64,000 nt of DNA, from the NCBI RefSeq assembly GCF_036732845.1, contig NZ_DAINBO010000006.1, positions 20,243-84,242 of the forward strand, read 5' to 3'. The position numbers and the translations under genes are program-made. This document shows positions 24,559 through 36,491 of this stretch, piece after piece. Origin of the DNA: Brevundimonas sp. Lineage in GTDB: Bacteria > Pseudomonadota > Alphaproteobacteria > Caulobacterales > Caulobacteraceae. Within the stretch, counting starts at the first letter, position 1, and every line of letters begins with the position of its first letter. The notes beneath the pieces were generated by a model. The model made no database searches and was not told the DNA's origin. It saw only the letters and a program-made list of their open reading frames with translations.

Positions 24559-25452
24559 ATGTCCTCACGCGCACGCGCCCTCGCCGTTCTGCTGGTCGCC
24601 GCCTGCGTTCTGGGGCTGGCGCCGATCCTGGTGCGCCTGACCGAGACCGGCCCGGCCGCCGCCGGTTTCTGGCGTTTCGTCCTGGCCCTGCCGTTGCTGT
24701 TCGTCCTGGCCGCGCGGCCAACCGCCGAGGGGACGAAAGCCGGCGTGGGCCGACCGTCGAAATGGATGCTGCTGGCGGGTCTGTTCTTCGCCCTGGATCT
24801 GGGCTTCTGGCACTATGGGATCGTCATGACCTCGGTGGCCAACGCCACGGTGCTGTGCAACCTGACCCCCGTCGTCGTCACCCTGTTCGCCTGGCTGGTG
24901 CTGAAGGAGCGGCCGGGCCGCCTGTTCGTGGCCGCTCTGGTCCTGGCGCTGCTGGGCGCTTTCGCCATGGCCGCTGGCGCGAACGGCCGACAAGGCTCCA
25001 ACCCCCTGCTCGGCGATCTGTTCAGCCTGTCCGTGGCGGTCTGGTACTCGGGCTATTTCCTGGCGGTCCAGCGCGCCCGCACTTCAGCGGGAGCGATGCG
25101 CGTCACCTTCTGGGCCACCCTGGTCGGCGCGCCCCTGCTGGGCGGACTGGCCCTGATCCTGGGCGAGGACATGATCCCCGCCACCGCCGCCGGCTGGGCC
25201 GCCTGCGTCGGTCTGGGCGTCATGCACGTGTTCGGCCAGGGCGGCGTGGCCTGGGCGTTGGGCCGTCTGCCCGCCTCGGTCACGGCTGTGACCATCCTGA
25301 TCCAGCCGATCGTCGCCGCCCTGTTGGGCTGGTGGGTCTTCGGCGAGACCCTGACCCCCATTCAAGCCGCCGGCGGCGCCCTGGTCCTGGCCGCCGTCGT
25401 GCTGGCCCAACGGTCACGACAGGCACCCGCACCACAGCCCGCCATGACCTGA
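24559..25452 (+). CDS. DMT (EamA) family transporter
   Basis: 297 aa with about 10 TM helices and a duplicated EamA-like organisation. Confidence 0.85.
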   Translation: MSSRARALAVLLVAACVLGLAPILVRLTETGPAAAGFWRFVLALPLLFVLAARPTAEGTKAGVGRPSKWMLLAGLFFALDLGFWHYGIVMTSVANATVLCNLTPVVVTLFAWLVLKERPGRLFVAALVLALLGAFAMAAGANGRQGSNPLLGDLFSLSVAVWYSGYFLAVQRARTSAGAMRVTFWATLVGAPLLGGLALILGEDMIPATAAGWAACVGLGVMHVFGQGGVAWALGRLPASVTAVTILIQPIVAALLGWWVFGETLTPIQAAGGALVLAAVVLAQRSRQAPAPQPAMT

Positions 25453-25518
25453 CGCACCGACTCGCGCATAGCCGCGCCCTCAAGCCGTAAACCGCCGCGC
25501 GGCGAGCATTAGGGCCAA

Positions 25519-25553
25519 CAAAAAAGAAAAGCCCGGGATCGCTCCCGGGCCTT
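25519..25553 (-). terminator. rho-independent terminator after cspA
   Basis: The minus strand reads GCCCGGGA-gcga-TCCCGGGC followed by TTTTCTTTTTTG. Confidence 0.6.
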
Positions 25554-25579
25554 TCAATTCTCAAAGCCTGAAGGGCCGC

Positions 25580-25786
25580 TTAGCCGATCAGCTTCAGGTC
25601 CACCGCCGCCGTCTTGCCGCGCTGGGTCTCCAGCTCGTACTCGACCTTGGCGTTCTCATCGAGACCCGTGAGACCCGCCTTCTGAACGGCGGTGATGTGT
25701 ACGAACACATCCGAGCCGCCGCCTTCGGGCTGGATGAAACCAAAGCCCTTGGTGGGGTTGAACCACTTAACCGTGCCGGTCGCCAT
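25580..25786 (-). CDS. cspA: cold-shock protein
   Basis: 68 aa; [34 protein letters not shown] contains the RNP1 and RNP2 motifs. Confidence 0.95.
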   Translation of the reverse strand: MATGTVKWFNPTKGFGFIQPEGGGSDVFVHITAVQKAGLTGLDENAKVEYELETQRGKTAAVDLKLIG

Positions 25787-25989
25787 GTCTGCGTCTCCGT
25801 AAACGCGCTTTCCAGGCGGGCGTCCCTCGGGATCGCCCGTCAGCCCAACTGGACAAGCTCGTTCGGTAGAAAGAGCGAAACGCGGCCGTTGGGCCGCGTC
25901 GTATCCGGACTGCGGCGAAGTTCTCGCCTGTGATTTGTGGACGGTCAACAGCAAAGCGTTCGCTCTTCAGGCGAACATGGTTACCGGCG

Positions 25990-26751
25990 TCAGGCGCACA
26001 GGCCGCGCGGCGAACCGTCCAGATGCAGATGATCCTGGTGGGCGGCGTTGTAGTCCGGCGTCAGCACGGTGGAGAAGACGCGGCAGGCGCCGTCGCGAAC
26101 GCGCTTCAGGAACCGCGCCCCGTCGGTCCCGGTCTCGCCCCGTCCGTCCCAATCGCCCGCGATGCTGATCGTGCGCCCGTCCTCCAGCCGCAGGGCCGAG
26201 ACGTCCAGCGCATTGGCCCGCGCATGTTCGCTGGGCCGGTCGCTGACCTCGGTCGAACCGTTGATGCGGCGGCAGGAATAGGTTCCGTAATTCTCCACCC
26301 GCGACACGCGCGATCCGAACGTCGCCTCGGCCGCCGGTTGCAGCACCTGCCGGTCCCAGATGACGTAGCGCACCGCCAGCGGGCACTGCATGGTCAGCCC
26401 GCCGGGGCTGAGCGGCGTCACCGCCCCGCCGGTGATGCGAACCGCGCCACGCACCACGCAGAAACCGCCGTCGTCGCGATCCGGCGCGCGCTCCACCTGC
26501 ACGCCCGCCTCGCGCAGCACCTGGATGCAGGCGTCGGTCGTCGCCGCCACCTCTTCGGCCGCGGCGCTGCGGGCCAGTTCAAAGTCGGCCACCTTGGCCG
26601 CCGTGGCCGCGCCCACCGGCCGGTTCAGGTCCAGCGGCTTCCACGGCAGGTCCTGATGCGGCGCGAACAGGTTCAACAGGGCGAAGGCCGCGCACAGGCC
26701 CAGCCCCAACTCCCACATCAGATTCCAGAAATCGGCGAAATCGCGATCCAT
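25990..26751 (-). CDS. extensin-like C-terminal domain family protein
   Basis: 253 aa with an N-terminal TM helix. The C-terminal SEHARANALDVSALRLEDG...NAAHQDHLHLD matches my recollection of the extensin-like family. Confidence 0.75.
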   Translation of the reverse strand: MDRDFADFWNLMWELGLGLCAAFALLNLFAPHQDLPWKPLDLNRPVGAATAAKVADFELARSAAAEEVAATTDACIQVLREAGVQVERAPDRDDGGFCVVRGAVRITGGAVTPLSPGGLTMQCPLAVRYVIWDRQVLQPAAEATFGSRVSRVENYGTYSCRRINGSTEVSDRPSEHARANALDVSALRLEDGRTISIAGDWDGRGETGTDGARFLKRVRDGACRVFSTVLTPDYNAAHQDHLHLDGSPRGLCA

Positions 26752-26801
26752 CGACGGTCAGCCTTAACGGTCTGACGCGGTTCGGCAAGGCGCGGCGGCG
26801 G

Positions 26802-27947
26802 TCAGGCCGTGCGGGCGACGATCAGTTGACGGATCAGCGGAACCGCCGCCGACCGGCCCTCAAGCCCGCCGTTGGACAGCACGAAGAAACCCAGACCCTT
26901 GTCCGGCGCGGCCACGGCGATCGCGTGCCACAGGGTGTTGGACCCCTCATGGGCGATGGTCGTCGTTCCGCCCGCCCAGGTCTCGGGCCGCGTGATCCAG
27001 CCGCGCGCATAGGGCTGTCCCTCGCGCGGCGTGATCAGGCCGCGCACCCCTTCGGCCGACAGCCAGGCCTGCTCGCCGCCGATCATGACCTGCAGCCAGC
27101 GGGCATAGTCGTACAGCGTCATGTGCGCCGTCCCGGCCGGACCCAGAATCGGCGGATTGTCCGCCCACGGCGTCGTCGGATCGACCGCGACCCGCGCCTC
27201 GGGCGGTCCCTGATGGCCCCAGACGTTGCCCAGGCCCGAGGCGTCGTGCACCGGTGCGCCCAGCCCGGCACCGGACAGGCCCAGAGGCCTGAAGACCTCG
27301 TCGACGATGACCGCTTCCCACGGCCGCCCGGTGATCCGCTCGATGGCGGCGCCCAACAGCACATAGTTGACGTTGCCATAGGCGAACCGCCCCGGCGTTC
27401 CGCCCGGCGGCCGGCCCAGGGCCATCGCAGCCTGGGCCGCGCGCTGGACGACCACCGGCCGCGTGTCGGCCCGCGCCGCCATCGGCAGAACCAAGGCCGT
27501 CTGATCGCTCAGCCCCGCGACATGCCGCGCCAGGTCGTCCGGCGTGGCCGCGGCGAAGGCCGGATCGATCGTCACCCCCGTGAAGATGTCCGACAGCGGC
27601 GTCGCCCAGTCGGCCAGGCCGCGTTCGACCAGGCGCGCATAGGCCGCCGCCGTCATGGCCTTGGTGTTCGAGCCGATGTGCCAGCGGTCCTGGCTGGTGG
27701 CCGCTTCATCGGCGCCAACCCGCCGCACTCCGCCCACGCCCGACCATTCCAGCCCGCCCGACGTCACGATCCCGGCCGCCATCGCCGGCGGCGCGCCCGG
27801 CGTCGCCAGGGCCGCATTCAGGGCGGCATTCAGGGCGGCGTCAGGTCCATCGGCCCGCCGCGCCCAGCTCGGGGTCGCGACGGCGGCGGCGACGGCGCCG
27901 ACCAGGGCGCGACGGTTCAGCCGGATCATCGAATTCGCCCGTTTCAT
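26802..27947 (-). CDS. serine hydrolase (beta-lactamase family)
   Basis: Tat-like signal (RLNRRALVGAVAAAVA). SxxK motif (IGSNTKAM). YxN-like motif (YGNVNY). Confidence 0.85.
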   Translation of the reverse strand: MKRANSMIRLNRRALVGAVAAAVATPSWARRADGPDAALNAALNAALATPGAPPAMAAGIVTSGGLEWSGVGGVRRVGADEAATSQDRWHIGSNTKAMTAAAYARLVERGLADWATPLSDIFTGVTIDPAFAAATPDDLARHVAGLSDQTALVLPMAARADTRPVVVQRAAQAAMALGRPPGGTPGRFAYGNVNYVLLGAAIERITGRPWEAVIVDEVFRPLGLSGAGLGAPVHDASGLGNVWGHQGPPEARVAVDPTTPWADNPPILGPAGTAHMTLYDYARWLQVMIGGEQAWLSAEGVRGLITPREGQPYARGWITRPETWAGGTTTIAHEGSNTLWHAIAVAAPDKGLGFFVLSNGGLEGRSAAVPLIRQLIVARTA

Positions 27948-28050
27948 GAGGTCCAGCCCTACCGCGCCGCCGACGAGCGGTCATCTTACAAGCGGTTCAG
28001 CTTGCACGCCGCATCTGGACCCGCCCGCGTCCCGGCGGCAACATGGGATC

Positions 28051-28797
28051 ATGAGCAAATCCGACGACTATGAGACCGAGCTGGAACGGCTGCAGATCCA
28101 ACTGGTCGAAACCCAGGCCTGGGCCATCGAAACGGGCCTGCGCATCCTGATCCTGTTCGAGGGCCGCGACAGCGCGGGCAAGGACGGCGCGATCAAACGC
28201 ATCACCGAATACATGGCCCCGCGTCAGACCCGCGTCGTCGCCCTGCCCAAGCCGACCGAGCGCGAAACCGGCCAGTGGTATTTCCAGCGCTACGTTCCCC
28301 ATCTGCCCGCCAGGGGCGAGGTCGTGATCTTCAACCGCTCCTGGTATAATCGCGGCGGGGTCGAGCCGGTCATGGGCTTCTGCACGCCCGCCCAGCACGA
28401 ACAATTCCTGCACGACGCCCCAGGGTTTGAGCGGATGCTGACCGACGACGGCGTCATCCTGATCAAGTTGTGGCTCGACATCTCCAAGGATGAACAGGCC
28501 AAACGCCTGGCGGCGCGGATCACCGACCCCTTGAAACGTTTCAAGACCTCGCCCCTGGACGCCGAGGCCCAGAAGCGCTGGGACGCCTATTCCGCCGCCC
28601 GCGACGGCATGCTGGCGCAAACCCACACCGACCCGGCCCCCTGGACGGTCGTCGCCACCGACAAGAAGAAGAAGGCGCGGCTGAACATCATCCGCCACAT
28701 CCTGCACCGGCTGAACCGCCCGGGCCTGCAAGCCGCCCAACCCGATCCCGACATCGTCTTTTCGGCCGACCAGGCCAAGGGCCGTCTGGCGGCCTGA
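28051..28797 (+). CDS. ppk2: polyphosphate kinase 2
   Basis: 248 aa from ATG 28051. ILFEGRDSAGKDGAIKRI (Walker A) and FNRSWYNR lid motif. Confidence 0.9.
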   Translation: MSKSDDYETELERLQIQLVETQAWAIETGLRILILFEGRDSAGKDGAIKRITEYMAPRQTRVVALPKPTERETGQWYFQRYVPHLPARGEVVIFNRSWYNRGGVEPVMGFCTPAQHEQFLHDAPGFERMLTDDGVILIKLWLDISKDEQAKRLAARITDPLKRFKTSPLDAEAQKRWDAYSAARDGMLAQTHTDPAPWTVVATDKKKKARLNIIRHILHRLNRPGLQAAQPDPDIVFSADQAKGRLAA

Positions 28798-28849
28798 GCG
28801 CCTGATCCGACCCCCGCCGCGCCCGCGACGAGGGTCGGGAAGCGGGACC

Positions 28850-31150
<2,301 letters not shown>

Positions 31151-31241
31151 TTATAACTGCGCTTTGGATCAACTGAGGTTATGCATGCAGCGGCTGTGTC
31201 GGCCGCCGCATGCGGTCATGGTTCACGCGGTGCGCCGCGCC

Positions 31242-32180
31242 CTATTTCAGGAATTCATCGACGGCGCGGGCGAAGACCTCGGGCTGGTCGGCCATGATGA
31301 AGTGGCGGCTGTCGTCGATGCGGGCCAGTTTGACGCCCGGCAGGGCGGCGTATTGCGACGACCACATGGCGTCGGCCATGGCCGCCGGGGCGCCGCCGTC
31401 GGCGTCCGAGGCGTAAAGGGCGGTCACCGGCGTGGTCATGGCCGCCAGGCCCGGACGGGCGTCGGTGGTCATGACGTCGCGCATGGCGGCGCCCAGGGCG
31501 TGACGGTCGGCGGCCAGCGACCACTGCACGATCCGCTCGCGCTCCGCCGGATTGCGCGACATGCCATTGGCCGTCTGCCGCTGCCCGGCCAGGAAGTCCT
31601 CGTCCGATGTCGCGGCCAGGCCGGCGGCCATCTGCTCGGCCGCCGGACGAACGGTCTCGACCGTCGCCGTCGGGCCGAACAACGAGCCGAAGAAGGGCAG
31701 GCTGTCGACGCTCATCAGACGATCGACCCGCTCGGGATGCTGCTGGGCCAGCAACAGTCCGGTCAGGGCGCCCATGGAATGGCCGATGACGGCGGGGCGG
31801 CCCGTGGTCCGTTCGGCGACATAGCGGGCCAGCTCATCCACCACCGGCTGCAGGAAGGCGCCGTCGCCATGGCTCCACGGCTCTCCGGCGAAACCGGCCA
31901 ACTGCACCAGATGCACACGGTGCGTCGCCTTCAGCCGCTCGGCCTCGGCGCGCCAGACTTCGCGCGACGATCCCAGGCCGGGAATCAGCACCACGTCGGG
32001 TCCCGACCCGACCACCTCGACCGACAGCCGGTCAGAGACGAAGGGCGCCTGGGCCTGGGCTTGCGTCGATGTCTCGGCGCGGGCGATGGAGACCGCGCTT
32101 CCGGCCGCCAGGGCGACGGCGGAGACCACCAGAAGGGCGCGCAGGGTCGAGCGCCCCGCGTGACGAGCGATGTGCAGCAT
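31242..32180 (-). CDS. alpha/beta hydrolase, exported
   Basis: Signal peptide, a nucleophile elbow (VIGHSMGA), and a C-terminal His region (DSRHFIMADQP). Confidence 0.8.
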   Translation of the reverse strand: MLHIARHAGRSTLRALLVVSAVALAAGSAVSIARAETSTQAQAQAPFVSDRLSVEVVGSGPDVVLIPGLGSSREVWRAEAERLKATHRVHLVQLAGFAGEPWSHGDGAFLQPVVDELARYVAERTTGRPAVIGHSMGALTGLLLAQQHPERVDRLMSVDSLPFFGSLFGPTATVETVRPAAEQMAAGLAATSDEDFLAGQRQTANGMSRNPAERERIVQWSLAADRHALGAAMRDVMTTDARPGLAAMTTPVTALYASDADGGAPAAMADAMWSSQYAALPGVKLARIDDSRHFIMADQPEVFARAVDEFLK

Positions 32181-32214
32181 GATGATGTCCTTGTAAGGTT
32201 ATCCTGACTTCGCG

Positions 32215-32412
32215 TCAGGCGTGGGGGTTGTCGAAAATATCTTCCACCGGGCGGCCGAACACCGCGGCGATGCGGTAGGCCAGGTCCAGCGAGGGATCAT
32301 GTTTCTCAGTCTCCAGGGCGTTGACGGCCTGGCGCGACACGCCCAGTCGGTCGCCCAGATCCTGCTGCGTCCAGCCGTGTTCGGCGCGCAGCACCTTCAG
32401 ACGGTTCCTCAT
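32215..32412 (-). CDS. XRE-family helix-turn-helix transcriptional regulator
   Basis: 65 aa; LRAEHGWTQQDLGDRLGVSRQAVNALETEKHDPSLDLAYRIAAVF is a typical Cro/C1 HTH. Confidence 0.85.
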   Translation of the reverse strand: MRNRLKVLRAEHGWTQQDLGDRLGVSRQAVNALETEKHDPSLDLAYRIAAVFGRPVEDIFDNPHA

Positions 32413-32813
32413 CAGCGGCTGGTCCGAATGAAGGGGCTGACGATGCCGAACAAGGCCCAGAACAGCGGATAGATCATCCAGGCCGGAACGTGCGGCGCAT
32501 CACCATAGCTTTCCATGAAGCCCCAGGCGCAGGCGATGGCCATCGCCAGGCCCGAGGCGACGATGAACCGTTTGGCCAGCAGGGCGCGCATGAACTCGTC
32601 GCTCTCACCCATCAGGGCCAGGGTGGCCCAGATCTGACCGGCCACCGGCGCAGCCACCACCAGCCCCAGGGCCAGGCCCGCCGTGCGTCCGATGTCGTCG
32701 AAGGCGCCGGTTATGGCGGCGGCGTTGATCGCCACATAGCCGCCCATGAAGGCCATGGTGCGCAACAGGTATTTCTTGTGGGCGTTCGTGCCCTTGGCGG
32801 AAGCGAGTTCCAT
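32412..32813 (-). CDS. small 4-TM membrane protein, first gene of a two-gene operon with the XRE regulator
   Basis: 133 aa from ATG 32813, with SD AAGGAGAA 5 nt upstream. ATGA-type overlap with the HTH gene. No family recognised. Confidence 0.6.
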   Translation of the reverse strand: MELASAKGTNAHKKYLLRTMAFMGGYVAINAAAITGAFDDIGRTAGLALGLVVAAPVAGQIWATLALMGESDEFMRALLAKRFIVASGLAMAIACAWGFMESYGDAPHVPAWMIYPLFWALFGIVSPFIRTSR

Positions 32814-32834
32814 GTCGTTCTCCTTGTGTAAGGA

Positions 32835-32893
32835 CAACCTGACACGAACAATATGTCATGTCAACCTGACAAAATGTTGGGCCAGCCTGACAC
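32835..32893. promoter_or_regulatory. three direct repeats CA(A/G)CCTGACA(C/A) in a divergent promoter region
   Basis: CAACCTGACAC at 32835..32845, CAACCTGACAA at 32862..32872 and CAGCCTGACAC at 32883..32893. The middle copy is part of the palindrome TGTCA-ACC-TGACA. Confidence 0.4.
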
Positions 32894-32940
32894 AAGTTCG
32901 TCCTTTTGCGAGACCCGCCGCAAGGGCGTAACCTCGCCCC

Positions 32941-33876
32941 ATGCCCGCCGCGCCCCGCATCGCCGCCGCCAGTCTGTTCACGCCCGAACAATGGGCGCCG
33001 TTCCAGCGGCGCTCGGCCTGGATCGGGCCGTTGCTGGTGCTGCACTGCTGGGCGGCGATCATCGCAGCAGTCGTGGTCGGCGTGATCTGGCCCTGGCTGA
33101 TTCCCCTGTCGGTCATGGTGATCGGCACGCGCCAACTGGGCCTGGCGATCCTGATGCATGAGGCGGCGCACGGCGGCCTGTCGCCGAACCGGTCTCTGAA
33201 CGACGCGCTCGGCCACTGGCTGTGCGCCGTCCCCATCGGCGCCAGCCTGGCCGCCTATCGCCCCTATCATCTGGCGCATCACAAATACGCCCAGCAGGCC
33301 CAGGACCCGGACCTGCCCCTGTCGGCGCCCTTCCCCGTCACCCGCGCCTCTCTGCGGCGAAAACTGATCCGCGACCTGACCGGCCAGACCTTCTTCAAGC
33401 AAAGGGTGCTGTTCGCGCTGAAGGCCTTCCGCGACGCCCGCGACGAAGACCTGGCCCAGGGCGCGGTGGTCACCGGCCAGTCGGTCGCCCCCTTCCTGCT
33501 GGTCAATCTGGGCCTGTTGGCGATCTGCGCCCTGGCGGGCGTCTGGTGGGCCTATTTCGTCCTGTGGCTGCTGCCGATGGCGACCTGGTTCCCCATGGTC
33601 ACCCGCATCCGCAACATCGCCGAACACGCCTGTGTCGAGGGTTCGGCCGACGACGCCTTCCGCGCCGCGCGCACCACGCGGGCCGGTTGGCTGGCCCGCG
33701 CCTTCATCGCCCCCTACTGGGTCAATTTCCACGCCGAGCACCACCTGTTCATGCACGTCCCCTGCTGGCGCCTGCCCGACCTGCACCGCGCGTTGCGCAC
33801 CCGGCCCGAGAGCGCGCGGATGGAGACGGCGGACGGCTACGCCCAGGTGTTGAAGACGGCGACGGCGCGCGGATGA
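32941..33876 (+). CDS. fatty acid desaturase family protein
   Basis: Three His boxes: HEAAHGG, HLAHHKY and AEHHLFMH. Confidence 0.85.
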   Translation: MPAAPRIAAASLFTPEQWAPFQRRSAWIGPLLVLHCWAAIIAAVVVGVIWPWLIPLSVMVIGTRQLGLAILMHEAAHGGLSPNRSLNDALGHWLCAVPIGASLAAYRPYHLAHHKYAQQAQDPDLPLSAPFPVTRASLRRKLIRDLTGQTFFKQRVLFALKAFRDARDEDLAQGAVVTGQSVAPFLLVNLGLLAICALAGVWWAYFVLWLLPMATWFPMVTRIRNIAEHACVEGSADDAFRAARTTRAGWLARAFIAPYWVNFHAEHHLFMHVPCWRLPDLHRALRTRPESARMETADGYAQVLKTATARG

Positions 33877-34520
33877 CCATCGCCGATCCGGCGGCCTTCA
33901 TCGCCGCCAACACCCGTCTGCAAGCCGTGCCGCACGCGCCGGAAATCCAGCTCTGGCTGGCCGACGAGATCACGCCCATCTGGCGTCTGACCGAAGAAGA
34001 ACTGGGCGAAATGGGTCTGCCGCCGCCGTTCTGGGCCTTCGCCTGGGCGGGCGGCCAGGCCCTGGCGCGCTGGATCCTGGACCACCCTGAGGAAGTCGCG
34101 GGCAAGCGGGTGGTCGACTTCGCCTGCGGCTCCGGCCTGGTCGGGATCGCGGCGATGAAGGCGGGCGCCGCCGGCGTGCTGTGCGCCGACATCGACCCCT
34201 TCTGCGCCGCCGCCGTCGCGCTGAACGCCGCCGCCAACGGCGTCGATCTGGCCTTCACCGACCGCGACCTGCTGGACGCCCCGCCGCCCCCGGCCGACGT
34301 CGTCTGCGCCGGCGACGTCTGTTATGAAAAGCCGATGACCGACCGCGTCCTGGCCTGGCTGGCCCAGGCCAGGGTGCAAGGCGCGCGGGTCCTGATCGGC
34401 GATCCGGGCCGCACCTATTTCCCGCGCGACGGCCTGACCTTCCTGGCCGAATACCAGGTGCCGACCACGCGCGAGCTGGAGGACCTGGCGGTCAAGCGGT
34501 CGTCGGTCTGGGCCTTGTGA
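33873..34520 (+). CDS. class I SAM-dependent methyltransferase
   Basis: 215 aa from ATG 33873 (ATGA overlap with the desaturase). SAM motif I is VVDFACGSGLVGIAA. Confidence 0.75.
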   Translation: MTIADPAAFIAANTRLQAVPHAPEIQLWLADEITPIWRLTEEELGEMGLPPPFWAFAWAGGQALARWILDHPEEVAGKRVVDFACGSGLVGIAAMKAGAAGVLCADIDPFCAAAVALNAAANGVDLAFTDRDLLDAPPPPADVVCAGDVCYEKPMTDRVLAWLAQARVQGARVLIGDPGRTYFPRDGLTFLAEYQVPTTRELEDLAVKRSSVWAL

Positions 34521-34523
34521 CCG

Positions 34524-35360
34524 TCAGCCCTGGGCCGGCCGCGCGTCGCCGGACTTGATCGGCGCACCGGCGAACTCCTCGGCATAGGCCGGGGCGATCA
34601 GCGCGCGGAACACGCTCTGCGGCACCACGATTTCATAGGGACCCTCGGCGTACGGCCCGACCTGATACGGCCCGATCAGGAAGGTCAGCCCCCCCGCCTT
34701 GCCCGGAACCGTGCCGGGCGTCAGCACGAACGGCGTGGTCAGCGCGCGCGGGCACGACCACTGCGTCCCGCCCAACGACACCGGCTCGGCGTCCGGCGAG
34801 CGTTCTTTCTTGGCGGCGTTGATTGCGGCGCACAGGGCCTGGTCCAGCGCCCGGCTGTCGGCGCCCTTGCGGAACAGGTCGGCGGTGGTGATCTGACGCT
34901 TCAGCGCCTTGTCCCACAGCACCCCGGCGAACAGGCTGTTGCCATGGGCGCCGCCGGTGAAGTCGTAGTCCACCCGCTCCAGGCTGAGCAGCTTGCCGGT
35001 CTCGGCGGCGGGTTTGAACTCTATGGTCTTCTCATAGGGCGCCATGCCCGGCTCGGTCCCCGCCTCGGTGCGGTCGGCCTGGGCGCCCTCCACGAACTGG
35101 CGCAGGTCGCGCACGGCCGCCGCGTACAGGGCCGCGTGCAGGTCCGGCTGGGCCTTCAACGCCGGCGGCAGGCTCAGCTTGACCGAGGCGTAGGGCGTGC
35201 CGCTCTCATAGCCCAGGGGCGCGCCCGCCTCGGCCGGGGTCGCCGCGGCGCCGGGCGCGGACGGCGACGCGTCGGGCGCGGCCTTGTCCCGATCACGGTT
35301 GCAGGCCGAAAGCGCCAGGGCGGCGACAGAGGCGATCAGGACGAGACGCGAGGCGGACAT
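34524..35360 (-). CDS. DUF3298/DUF4163-type lipoprotein
   Basis: Lipobox (LALSAC). YDFTGGAHGN is the motif I associate with DUF3298. Confidence 0.7.
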   Translation of the reverse strand: MSASRLVLIASVAALALSACNRDRDKAAPDASPSAPGAAATPAEAGAPLGYESGTPYASVKLSLPPALKAQPDLHAALYAAAVRDLRQFVEGAQADRTEAGTEPGMAPYEKTIEFKPAAETGKLLSLERVDYDFTGGAHGNSLFAGVLWDKALKRQITTADLFRKGADSRALDQALCAAINAAKKERSPDAEPVSLGGTQWSCPRALTTPFVLTPGTVPGKAGGLTFLIGPYQVGPYAEGPYEIVVPQSVFRALIAPAYAEEFAGAPIKSGDARPAQG

Positions 35361-35383
35361 GGGGCAGGCTCCGGGGTTCGCCC

Positions 35384-36352
35384 CTAGACTAGCGCCCCCA
35401 GGCCGATCGCCGCCAGCAGGATCAGCCCCGCCTCGCGGTTCGATTTGAACAACCGCAGCGCCAGGGCCGGATCATCCGCCCTCAGGCTCCACACCTGCCA
35501 GGCCAGGTGCGCCGCATAGGCGATCAGCACGCCGAAGAACCCCGCCCCCAGATCGGCCGACCAGCCCGCGACCGCCGCGAACGCCACGGCCAGGGCGTAG
35601 AACACGCCGACCCCGACCTTGACCCGTCCGCCCAGCCGCCGCGCCGAGGATTTCACCCCCACCATGGCGTCGTCCTCGATGTCTTGCAGGGCGTAGATCG
35701 TATCGTAGCCCAGGGTCCAGAACACCCCGCCCAGCCACAGCCACAGCCCCGCCCAGACCAGCGGCAGGAACGGTCCCAGCACCGGCGCCAGGACGGCGCT
35801 GGACGCGAACCCGCCCGCCGCCGCATAGCCCATCAGCGCGCCCCAGTTGAACGTCAGCCCCAGCCACACCTGCGGCCACCAGGTGATCCGCTTCATGAAC
35901 GGATAGGCCGCCACCAGCGCCAGCGACCCGACCCCCAACAGGATCGCCGTCAGGTTCAGCGTCAGCAGGATCGCCGACGCCACCAGGCTGCACCCGGCCA
36001 CGAACCCCCAGGCCCCCTTCACTGAAATCCGGCCCGACGCCACCGGCCGCCCGGCCGTGCGCGCCACCTGACGGTCGATGTCGCGATCGACGATGTCGTT
36101 GAAGGCGCATCCCGCCGCCCGCATCAGACACGCCCCGATCGCGAACCCGGCGAACAGCCACGCCTCATACGCCCCCAGCGTGACGCGATAGTGCGCCAGC
36201 GCCAGGGCGATCCCCTGCCAGCCGGGCAACAACAGCAGCCAGATCCCGATCGGCCGATCGAACCGCCCCAGCTTCAGCCACGGCTTCAGCCTCTCGGGCG
36301 CATGCCGATCCACCCAGTTGCGGCCGGCGTCAGGAAGGGGGGCGGAGGTCAT
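35384..36352 (-). CDS. ubiA: 4-hydroxybenzoate polyprenyltransferase
   Basis: AFNDIVDRDIDRQVARTAGRPVASG and YALQDIEDD are the UbiA Asp-rich motifs. Confidence 0.9.
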   Translation of the reverse strand: MTSAPLPDAGRNWVDRHAPERLKPWLKLGRFDRPIGIWLLLLPGWQGIALALAHYRVTLGAYEAWLFAGFAIGACLMRAAGCAFNDIVDRDIDRQVARTAGRPVASGRISVKGAWGFVAGCSLVASAILLTLNLTAILLGVGSLALVAAYPFMKRITWWPQVWLGLTFNWGALMGYAAAGGFASSAVLAPVLGPFLPLVWAGLWLWLGGVFWTLGYDTIYALQDIEDDAMVGVKSSARRLGGRVKVGVGVFYALAVAFAAVAGWSADLGAGFFGVLIAYAAHLAWQVWSLRADDPALALRLFKSNREAGLILLAAIGLGALV

Positions 36353-36491
36353 GACGCGCTTCTAGCGGGCGAGGGCGGCGGCTGTCTCCTTTTCCGAATA
36401 CTTGCACAGGATCGGCAGGTTCAGGGAGGGCAGAAAGGACAGACTGTTTGGATAGGCCGAGTGTCAGACCAAGCGCCGCCAGCACCATATT

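Noticed and set aside
27814-27837. Tandem 12-nt duplication GCATTCAGGGCG x2, encoding ALNAALNA near the N-terminus of the beta-lactamase-family protein.
   Set aside because: It is a simple in-frame slippage duplication in a linker after the signal peptide, with no sign of wider repeat structure.
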